In this document: in pieces, positions 34,890 to 43,713 of the stretch
Position numbering within the stretch: position 1 is the first letter of the stretch
Layout: each line of letters begins with the position of its first letter
Assembly (NCBI GenBank): GCA_965649825.1
Contig: OZ287719.1
Span: 62,001 to 126,000, forward strand
Reading direction: 5' to 3'
Origin: Penicillus capitatus
Taxonomy: Eukaryota > Plantae > Chlorophyta
Length of the DNA: 64,000 bases
Notes under the pieces: model-generated
Told to the model about the DNA's origin: nothing
The model's input: only the letters and a program-made list of their open reading frames with translations
Databases searched by the model: none
Made by a program: the position numbers and the translations under genes

Positions 34890-37404
34890 TCGACTTGACA
34901 GTGAAACAGTCACGGCGTCAAAGATACCCGGATACCTTCCGATACCTTCTGATACCTTTATCCAATTCATGCCCGTCACGAACCCTTGCAACCATTCGAC
35001 TCACGGACACAACGTCTCTTCCGTTGCCGCCGGCAAACAAAACGTTCGGAACTTTGTCTCGAATGGGCGCTTTCCAGTCTCGTCGGCATCCCAAAACAAA
35101 CGGCACAAACCAGTCCCTTGGCGATCTGACCGTCCGTCCACACTTCCGTTCCCGCATTCCCTAGACCAATTCCCAGCGCCTCCGCACTAGACCTACCGCC
35201 GGATGCAAACCCCGTGGAGCGACATACCATACCGTCTAGTCTGCCACTCTCCCTTGTGGACACCAACGTCTTCCTCAAGCTGACGACGAAGCAAAGCTCC
35301 GTAGCGAAACCGACGCAAGAGATTCACGGACCACGGCTCTTGAGAAAAGAATCCACGCAGAACACCCGAAGCGTGCTTGCAGTGGAACGGCAATACAGGA
35401 AAGAAAAAACAACAAGCCTACGACACACACCGATAGCGGAAAGACGGCGCTGGCGCGGGAAAGAAAAAACCACGTTTCCTACGAAGACACACAAGAAAAG
35501 AAAAAACGCGCGTCGAGCCATGGCGATCGCAGAACTCAAGGTCAGCACGCCGCAGTCAACCGAGGAACGTGGCCCACGGCAATCCGCGTTCCCAAGCCGT
35601 CATCACCCCACGCTCTCCACTAATCGCACACCTAGGTCGTCGTGCTTTGGCCTCACCGCGTAGTCGCCATCCATATTCTCCCCTTTATCACTCATCCGAG
35701 TTACGCATCAGATCGCCAACTCATCCTCTTTTGCCGACCCTTGACATCTCTTCTCTCCTCGCCCGCCCATCTCGACAAAGCTCCGCCTTCCACGCGAGAA
35801 GCCCGATACAACCTCTAACGAATCCTAATCCGCATACCGGACCGCTGCATCGGTCACCTATCTTCTGGATCTCTTTCCAGAATCCCTAGATGACCCCTCC
35901 GCCTCACCGACGCCCTTCCGCTTTGCATCGGCCGCTTTCTTTATGTCTGACATCCGCTGTTCACGAGCCCGTGTGCTCCGTAACCCGTAGCGTCGCTTTG
36001 CCTCTCTTTCCCTTGATACCTCTTCATCGTAAGATGATTCCCAAGAACGACGTTTGGAACCGCGGCCCCTAGATACCGGCTCTTCCACTTCCATAACCGT
36101 GTCCCCGTCGTCGTCCACGTTCCCTTCTTCTCCGTCGACGACTGTCGGTATTCCTTGCACCACGTTCACAGGCGTCCCCTCGGCGCCCTCCTCGACGTCC
36201 GCCGGCGTCCCGTCGGCGGTTGACGCCATCGGTATGCCTTGCACGACGATCACGGGTGTCCCGTCGGCGATCTCCACGACGTCCGCCGGCGTCCCGTCGA
36301 CGACTGTCGGTATGCCTTGCACGACGATCACGGGTGTCCCGTCGGCGATCTCCACGACGTCCGCCGGTGTCCCGTCGACGATTGACACCACCGGTATGCC
36401 TTGCACGACGATCACGGGTGTCCCGTCGGCGATCTCCACGACGTCCGCCGGCGTCCCGTCGACGACTGTCGGTATTCCTTGCACCACGTTCACAGGCGTC
36501 CCATCGGCGATCTCCACGACGTCCGCCGGCGTCCCGTCGACGACTGTCGGTATTCCTTGCACCACGTTCACAGGCGTCCCATCGGCGATCTCCACGACGT
36601 CCGCCGGCGCCTCGCTGGTGACCGGCACAGCCAGGCTTATCAAGAAGCTCACGAAATTATGGGCCAAGTCCACGAAGTCCTCTGATGCACGGCGTTCGTC
36701 GGGCGCTGTGCTCATGAGGAAATCAACTGTTGAACTCAAGTATTCCACGAAACGCAGCGTTCTTAGGAATTCGTAGTCGTCGTTGGCGTCGGCGACCAAG
36801 TAGTTCGACACCGCAGCTTGCCATAAAAGGTTAGCATAGTCCGCCCAGGTGCGAAGTTGCACATCACTAGGGCCAGGTTCGTCCGCTCCTCCTGCTACAC
36901 GTCGCGGAGCCAGTTGCCGGCTGACGTGAAGGACCGCCAGAAATCTATCTGGGTCTGTCCCTTCATACGGTGTGTCGCCAAGATCTGGCTTGGCGATGTG
37001 ACTGCCCAGAGGGTCACATCGCTTAAAACGGAGAAAAACCCTGGGTCTGTGAACCTTTGTAAGCCTTTTGCGTTCTGCGTTACGTGCGTGTGTAAGCGAA
37101 ATCCATCCTGGATAACGACGAAGCGCAACCGCCTTCGCGTGCAGTTGTTCCTTACCCTCCTTTGTACCAAAACACGCCATATCTGTCGGCGCTAGCGTTC
37201 TTCAGACAAGCGGAACGTGGGAGCTCTGACGTGACCGAGTCCATAGCGCAGGACGGTACCCAAGTCGACGATCGACTGGTCCATCCTGTGGAGGCAGGAC
37301 CAACCGACGCAGAAGCCGACGAAGAAGCACCACGAAGGGAATTATCCCAAGAGCGACAAGTGGTTTCGGAGCGAGGCTACGGCGAAGTAGAAGGGGTAGA
37401 CAAG

Positions 37405-39222
37405 ATGCAGCAAAAAGCCTGGCTGTGTCTCTTTGCGTTGTTTTACCTTCTTGTCTCTGCGGCAATAATCGCGGGACACGCGGAGAATTCAACAGAGAAG
37501 GAAAGGTCGGAGAAGGAGCTCCAAGATGAGTTTAAGGAATCAGGGGCAACATTGGCTGACTTGTTACAAAGGATCAAAGCCTTAGAAAAGGAAGCGGCCG
37601 AGTTCAGGGCAGAAGCTCGGAGGGAGAGGGCCGCACGGATACAGCTGAATGAGGAGGTGCAAATACTTAGGAAGGAAAATGAGCGCCTTCGAGATCGGAT
37701 GGAAGCGGAGATTATTAACGAGGTGCTTGAGGAGGGGCAAAAATTACGTTTGGAGGCCACGAGGACATGGTGGGAGTGGCTGACGGGGACGGCTCCCCCG
37801 GGCGTGGAGGTGGAGAGAACGACCACGATCGAGGGTTGCCAAGATTTGAAGTGTTGCTTTGGAATGTGGTGGACGACCGTGGGAGAACTATTCCATCAAA
37901 CAACGGATCTTATTTATCGATTCGTGTGGGATCCATATGGCACTGGAGGCCACTGGGCATCGGGTCTGTTTAGCGCCGGCTTCTGGGGACCGGTGCTCGG
38001 AATAACGATCCTAGTGGTGGTGGTGAATCTCCTACTGCTGGCTGTCTTCCGAGCGGCTGATATATGGAAGGGAATGAAGGGGCTGGCCAGTAGGTTGGGA
38101 GGGCTGCCCATGTTTAAGCTCGTGGGTATGGCCTTCTCGAAGCTGCGAAGGGGAGAGGGGCCAGAGGGGACCTCCCCTGAACTCCAGGAGATGCGAAGGA
38201 CCGTAGAAAAGCTTCAGAAGACCGTGGAGACGAGTCAGCGGAAGGGAAAGGAGCAACGGGAGATGAGGGAGCTCCGTGGGCAGGTGGAGAACCTCATGGC
38301 CAAGTGCGAGCAACAGGCGCCTCCAGGAGAGGATGTGCAGACGAAGACCGTGAGAGAGATGCAGGCATTTTTCCAGCAGCAACTCGATCAGCTACGAAGG
38401 GAGTTCATACATACGGGGAAGCAACCAGGACCTGCACCGATCCCGGTGGATATGTCTCCCCGTCGGAGGCAGAATCCTGGTTCAATGCCACCAGGGGGGA
38501 GGCAACGCTACTGTGAGCGCTGCAAGAAATGGCATCCGGGACTTGAGTGCTGGGATTGCACCAAGTGCAGAACGTGTGGTGCAACAGGAATGTGCGAACA
38601 CCGGGCAAAGATCGTGGAGAACAACCGAAGACGATCCCCTACTCCCAGGCCGGAGAGGACGAGAGCTGTGGCGGTATGTGAGCGGGAGGAGTCTGAAGCG
38701 ATGTGGGATTGGGACGCGAGGTTAGTGGAGGAGGCATCGCAAACGGGATCTTCAATCTCCTTCTCGACGAAAGGGGAGGGAAGTGGAGAACCGGGCACAC
38801 AAGAGTCGGTCGTTGCGGTGGTGGACAAAGAGGCTAAGGGATACCGTCTGCGAGGACACTTGGCTGTGGGAGGAGGGGTAGCTCCTTGCACGTTCCTTAT
38901 CGACACTGGCTCGGAAGTGAATTTGCTGAGTGAGAAGACGTGCACGCGCCTAGGAGTGGGTATTCAGTCGGCAGGACCTGACAAGCCAAACTTGGCAGGG
39001 GTGTCCGGAGAGCGGTTAGAGGTGACGGGGCAGGCGATCTTAGAGACTCGGTTTGGTCAAGAGGAGGGGAAGGCGATTCGTTATTGGGTCGCGAAGAACG
39101 TAAGAGACATAATTGGGATTCCTGGAATAGGGCAGCTGGGGATTTCATTGACGAACCCGGGTCACATGGCAGTGTTTCCCTCGGGGCAGAAACTTTTTTG
39201 TCAGGTGGTGCAAAAAAACTAA
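37405..39222 (+). CDS. Family 2 Gag-protease: signal peptide, coiled-coil ectodomain, TM, coiled coil, Zn fingers, aspartyl protease
   Basis: MQQKAWLCLFALFYLLVSAAIIAGHA; TM FWGPVLGITILVVVVNLLLLAVF; CERCKKWHPGLEC; FLIDTGSEVNLL; IIGIPGI. Confidence 0.88.
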   Translation: MQQKAWLCLFALFYLLVSAAIIAGHAENSTEKERSEKELQDEFKESGATLADLLQRIKALEKEAAEFRAEARRERAARIQLNEEVQILRKENERLRDRMEAEIINEVLEEGQKLRLEATRTWWEWLTGTAPPGVEVERTTTIEGCQDLKCCFGMWWTTVGELFHQTTDLIYRFVWDPYGTGGHWASGLFSAGFWGPVLGITILVVVVNLLLLAVFRAADIWKGMKGLASRLGGLPMFKLVGMAFSKLRRGEGPEGTSPELQEMRRTVEKLQKTVETSQRKGKEQREMRELRGQVENLMAKCEQQAPPGEDVQTKTVREMQAFFQQQLDQLRREFIHTGKQPGPAPIPVDMSPRRRQNPGSMPPGGRQRYCERCKKWHPGLECWDCTKCRTCGATGMCEHRAKIVENNRRRSPTPRPERTRAVAVCEREESEAMWDWDARLVEEASQTGSSISFSTKGEGSGEPGTQESVVAVVDKEAKGYRLRGHLAVGGGVAPCTFLIDTGSEVNLLSEKTCTRLGVGIQSAGPDKPNLAGVSGERLEVTGQAILETRFGQEEGKAIRYWVAKNVRDIIGIPGIGQLGISLTNPGHMAVFPSGQKLFCQVVQKN

Positions 39223-39248
39223 AGGGCTCTCCCGCGCAGACGGGAGAG
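39213..39248 (+). promoter_or_regulatory. -1 programmed ribosomal frameshift signal
   Basis: A_AAA_AAC heptamer (39213..39219) directly before TAA, 7-nt spacer, 8-bp stem CTCTCCCG/CGGGAGAG with a 6-nt loop. Confidence 0.88.
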
Positions 39249-42194
39249 GGGGGTGGTACTTTGAAAAGGGATAAAAGAAAACAAAAAGAGGGGGAAATCA
39301 GCACGCTCTGTTGTAAGAGCGTTTCATTAAAGCAACTGTGGGTATATGAGCCGAAGTGGCGCATTTTATGCAGGGGGAACGTGCTGCAACTGCCATTGGG
39401 CAAGACCACATACATCCCACCCAGGGAATCAATGCGGGTTTGTTTGCCCTGGGAGGTCAGGGGCGCAGATTTGACCGGTTTTTTCTCTCTACTGCATCGT
39501 AAGGAGGTATCGGTATCAAGCCAGTTTAGCGCAAAGTCGGGACGGATCCATGTGTTGTTGCTTAATTTCGGATCGGAGGTGGCTGTCATAGCCGCCAAAA
39601 CGTTTGTCCTGGGTGTGGGGTCGCAAGGGTCGTTCTTTCATGTGTGCACGGCCGATGGGCGAGAACATCAGTTGTCTAATGGTATGGGGGTTGAGTGTGG
39701 GGCGAAGGGATGGGCGGTTGCGAGCGTTAGCTCGGAGCCAAAATTTTTTGCCCAGTTCCCTCAGTTGTTTTGTGAAGATACGTGTCGGATTCCGGAGCAC
39801 ATGCAAAGGTTTCGGGTCCGGAAGGACGACATTTCTTGGGTGGGGGACATGATCTATCGGGGGAAGTGTGCGGTCAATGTGGAAAATCTGGTCCCGGCGC
39901 GGGCCATAGATGAGACGGTTGAATCGATGCTGCGTGATGGCTATGTGGAGGAGGTGGGGGACAGTTCGTCGCTCATGTTGCATCCGTTGATCTTCCTCCC
40001 GAAGCCAGACGGGCGTACGCGCTTAGTCATCGATTTACGACGTATCAATGGTCATACACGACACACGAGGGGGGGACTACCAGCGATACATACTGTGTTT
40101 CGCCAAGTGCCGACCACATGGCGTTTTTTTTGTAAAATTGATATTAAGAATGGTTACCATAGGGTACCAGTGGAACGTTCATTGGGGGATTTATTTGCAT
40201 TTGGTATACGCCGCCGTTTCTTTCGATACAAGGTATTGCCTCAGGGATGGGCGGCTAGTCCGCATATTTTCCATGCTGTCATGATGGAAATATGCTCTGG
40301 CCATGAGGCAATACATTATATTGATGACATAATACTGGGGGCGTCGACCCTAAAGGAATTGACTGCGCGGGTTTCTGCTCTGTTAGCCACCCTACAGAAA
40401 TACGGATTGCAGATACAGCAGAAGAAGTTTCTTTTTGGAAAGGAATCTGTAGAGTTCTTGGGTTTTGAGCTCCGGAGTGGGGGGCGTGTGAGTGCTGAAA
40501 GCTATTTACAGAAGCGAAGGGAGGCACTGGAAGGTCGAATAGAAACAAAAAGAGACCTGCAGAGTCTGCTGGGGACATTGAACGTCGCTCGGCACTTCGT
40601 ACCAGGGCTCAGCCAAAAGACGGCTGGGTTGCAGAAGTTGTTGCTGGCTATGGCGAGCAGTAGCTTGGGGACGGAAGAAAAGGAGCAGGCTCACGAGTTG
40701 GCGAAGAAGGCCTGGGGGGAGGTGTTGGAATCCTGTGTAACAGTGCAGATGGCGATGCCAGAGAAGGCCAGATTTGAGTTGTACACGGATTGGTCAACGG
40801 AGGCGATGGGATACGTCCTTTTTGCTGAAGGGGAGGACGGGCGTCATATCACAGACATCAACTCCACAAGGGCAGTCGAGCGGACAGCCGTGAGCAGCTT
40901 CCTGGGGGAGCTGCGGGGAATTGTGTGGGCACTGAAGAAGACGCGACATATCGTCTGGACCTCGGCAATCAAGGTCTGCTGTGACAATCAAGGCACAGTA
41001 GCTCGCTTGCAGAAGGGGGATGTCATGGGGGATGATGTTCGATGTTCTCGACTCATGGGATGGCTGTGGGGAAACTTCCCCCAAGTACAGTTTGAGTATG
41101 TACCTGGCGCAATCAACCAAGTGGCAGATTACCTGAGTCGGAGAAAAGGCCAGCAGAAGGAGGGGAAGGTGGTAGGAGCAGTTATGCTTCAGCAGCGGCC
41201 TCTCGTTGACGTGGTAAGGAGCCGTCTGGAAAAGGCACATCAGGGTCACTGGCACGCAGAAAGGACGTGGCAACATCTGAAACGGGATGGCCCGGTTTGG
41301 CCGGGAGCAAGGAAGGAGGTGTTCCAGTATGTGGAGCAGTGCCCCAATTGCCAACATTTTCGTGGCTTAGAGCACCGGGAACCATGGACGGGGATGGAGA
41401 TAACTCACCCAAACGATGTTGTTTTCGGAGATTTTCTGGGGCCTATTACTTTGAGTCGGGGGCGAGGAAAACGAGTCCTTCTGGTGTTGGTCGACGGTTT
41501 CAGTCGCATCACGCACTTACACGTGGCTAAGACTCCCACGGAAAGAACGGTCCTGCGAGGATTGAAGCGATGGGAACAAGCTTTATCATGGAAACATGGA
41601 CATATTCGTATGTTCATGGCAGATAGAGGAGCGGCATTCATCGGCGGAGGGGTTCGAGCATTCTGTGAGGAGCATGGGATCAAGCAACGGTGGTCGCCAA
41701 GTCATGCACCTTGGTGCAATGGTGCAGCAGAGCGACAGGTGGGAAACGTGAAGACAAGATTGGCCAAGATACTCTGGAAGTCTGCCGAGGACATCTCTAT
41801 CCATACGTTGGAGGAGATTTTGAACCAAGGGATTTGCGAGACCACGGGTTTCACACCCATGGAATTGTGCTGGGGAAGACGACGTGACGGCAGCTTGATG
41901 ACGGACATGGAGTGGGAGCAGGCCATGCACCTCGCTCAACAGAAAAGAGCGGCTGGGCGACAGAGGGACAGGGAAGCATACCTTCGAAAATTTTCGAGCA
42001 AGCCGCCGCTACAGACAGGACAATGGGTTCTGGCGTATGAACCTCATAGAAAGCGCCATGCACTCCATTCGCCGTGGACAGGTCCTCACCTAACTGCGGA
42101 GCCGCGGGGGTCGAGATTATGGATGGTGTGGAAAAATGGAAGTTCTCGAAGAGTGGGACCATTTCATGCAGAACATTTGCGGTTATATTGCTAG
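39213..42194 (+). CDS. Family 2 Pol (-1 frame): dUTPase-like, RT, RNase H, integrase
   Basis: RLVIDLRRIN, LPQGW, HYIDD; LYTDWS..NQVADYLSR; HQGH..CPNC, DFLGP, DRGAAF, ERQVG; C-terminal GPF/Y-like module. No chromodomain. Confidence 0.93.
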   Translation, partial: KKLKGSPAQTGEGGGTLKRDKRKQKEGEISTLCCKSVSLKQLWVYEPKWRILCRGNVLQLPLGKTTYIPPRESMRVCLPWEVRGADLTGFFSLLHRKEVSVSSQFSAKSGRIHVLLLNFGSEVAVIAAKTFVLGVGSQGSFFHVCTADGREHQLSNGMGVECGAKGWAVASVSSEPKFFAQFPQLFCEDTCRIPEHMQRFRVRKDDISWVGDMIYRGKCAVNVENLVPARAIDETVESMLRDGYVEEVGDSSSLMLHPLIFLPKPDGRTRLVIDLRRINGHTRHTRGGLPAIHTVFRQVPTTWRFFCKIDIKNGYHRVPVERSLGDLFAFGIRRRFFRYKVLPQGWAASPHIFHAVMMEICSGHEAIHYIDDIILGASTLKELTARVSALLATLQKYGLQIQQKKFLFGKESVEFLGFELRSGGRVSAESYLQKRREALEGRIETKRDLQSLLGTLNVARHFVPGLSQKTAGLQKLLLAMASSSLGTEEKEQAHELAKKAWGEVLESCVTVQMAMPEKARFELYTDWSTEAMGYVLFAEGEDGRHITDINSTRAVERTAVSSFLGELRGIVWALKKTRHIVWTSAIKVCCDNQGTVARLQKGDVMGDDVRCSRLMGWLWGNFPQVQFEYVPGAINQVADYLSRRKGQQKEGKVVGAVMLQQRPLVDVVRSRLEKAHQGHWHAERTWQHLKRDGPVWPGARKEVFQYVEQCPNCQHFRGLEHREPWTGMEITHPNDVVFGDFLGPITLSRGRGKRVLLVLVDGFSRITHLHVAKTPTERTVLRGLKRWEQALSWKHGHIRMFMADRGAAFIGGGVRAFCEEHGIKQRWSPSHAPWCNGAAERQVGNVKTRLAKILWKSAEDISIHTLEEILNQGICETTGFTPMELCWGRRRDGSLMTDMEWEQAMHLAQQKRAAGRQRDREAYLRKFSSKPPLQTGQWVLAYEPHRKRHALHSPWTGPHLTAEPRGSRLWMVWKNGSSRRVGPFHAEHLRLYC

Positions 42195-42889
42195 GGTGAT
42201 CGTCAGAGTTGGCGGGAAGCGTGGTGTCGCCAAGATCTGGCTTGGCGATGTGACTGCCCAGAGGGTCACATCGCTTAAAACGGAGAAAAACCCTGGGTCT
42301 GTGAACCTTTGTAAGCCTTTTGCGTTCTGCGTTACGTGCGTGTGTAAGCGAAATCCATCCTGGATAACGACGAAGCGCAACCGCCTTCGCGTGCAGTTGT
42401 TCCTTACCCTCCTTTGTACCAAAACACGCCATATCTGTCGGCGCTAGCGTTCTTCAGACAAGCGGAACGTGGGAGCTCTGACGTGACCGAGTCCATAGCG
42501 CAGGACGGTACCCAAGTCGACGATCGACTGGTCCATCCTGTGGAGGCAGGACCAACCGACGCAGAAGCCGACGAAGAAGCACCACGAAGGGAATTATCCC
42601 AAGAGCGACACGGTGATCCTATGTCCTCCTCGCCGGGCACGTATGCAGTAAACGTGTCAAAAAGAGCCGACTGAAGGGCGTTGAAGAACACGCGGTACCC
42701 CTCACGTTCGACCAGTTGGTTGTCCAACGCTTGCAGAACGCTATGAATAAGCGACGACACGGACGAACTCATCGTTGTTTTTTTTGCAGAAAAATCCGAG
42801 AACCAAACGCCAATATGGCTGAGGGCAGTTTCGGCAAAAAGACGCGAAACGGCAAACGGCAAATACGCGGAATAATTGTACGGCGGTAC

Positions 42890-43125
42890 GCTTTTATACT
42901 CGCGAAATGCAATTACGTAAAATCTTCTCATCTACGGTTATGTCACGGAACTCGCATCGCGACGGCTGACGGCGGCGAACCTTCTCAGCTACGGTTTTGT
43001 CCGTCCCGGAACTTTCTCATCTACGGTTATGTCACGGAACTCGCATCGCGACGGCTGACGGCGGCGAACCTTCTCAGCTACGGTTACGTCCCGGAACTCG
43101 AACTCGCATCGCTATTGGCTGATTC
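42890..43125 (-). promoter_or_regulatory. Putative promoter of the interrupted ORF (CCAAT + TATA) with an 89-bp tandem duplication
   Basis: Minus-strand TATAAAA at 42892..42898, CAGCCAAT at ~43114..43121, and repeats at 42925/43014 carrying four TTCTCA[TG]CTACGGTT motifs. Confidence 0.5.
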
Positions 43126-43185
43126 GACGGCAGAACGATGTGACGTCCATTAATCAACGGCGTCGCCATTATGGATGATGATCGA

Positions 43186-43210
43186 TCAATCAATCAATCA
43201 ATCAATCAAT
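43186..43210. repeat. (AATC)n microsatellite
   Basis: About six tandem AATC units. Confidence 0.9.
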
Positions 43211-43713
43211 AGCAAGCCAATTAATGGAATTAGTAGTCAGTCGATCTGCCAGTCTGGCGTCGCGTAGACTGTTTGGAGGATTTTACATCGAAGAATCGTA
43301 TAAGAATGAAACTTTTCAAAGGCAAAGCCTTACACAAACGAAAGTCAAGAACTGTAATTCTGCAATGCTTTTATTCTGTTGAGTGATGTCACATCGAGGC
43401 GGATGGGTGCATGCGTTTCTAACGATACAGACGAAGGGTCAGCGATGAGGGAACGTGTGACCGAACGACGACGCATCACGGTCGCCGTTACAGAGAAAAC
43501 AAAAGAGAATGCAAAAACAGCAAGGAAAAGAGGACGAGACAAATCAACTAGCTATTCGATACGGTCCTCGGGAAGAAGTAATGGCGACAGTGGGAACACC
43601 TTCACGTGTATGCCTTCCTAAAGCGACATCACACACCAATGCATCTCCTTAGGGAGTCGCATCCGAAGCGCCAGTCGCTAAGAACTCCGTGCGTAAAATC
43701 AAGATCGTTCAGA

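Larger units (their letters stand above)
36973..42610 (+). mobile_element. Intact Ty3/gypsy-type LTR retrotransposon, family 2 (5638 bp)
   Basis: LTRs 36973..37358 and 42225..42610 (386 bp, TGTCGC..GCGACA, no differences seen by eye). TSD CGGTG. PBS 37361..37376 TGGTTTCGGAGCGAGG. gag-pro and pol are uninterrupted. Confidence 0.97.
35858..42772 (-). pseudogene. ~420-aa unknown protein (helical N-terminus, acidic 26-aa repeats, basic C-terminus) interrupted by the family 2 LTR element
   Basis: Removing 36973..42610 and one TSD copy joins MSSSVSS...EEDIGSP (42772..42611) in frame to YEGTDPDRF... (36967..35858). Repeats of the type DGTPADVVEIADGTPVNVVQGIPTVV. Confidence 0.75.

Noticed and set aside
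37162-37404. 81-aa LTR-encoded N-terminal extension of family 2 Gag as the annotated start
   Set aside because: It begins at TTG inside the LTR; the first ATG, followed by a clear signal peptide, is at 37405.
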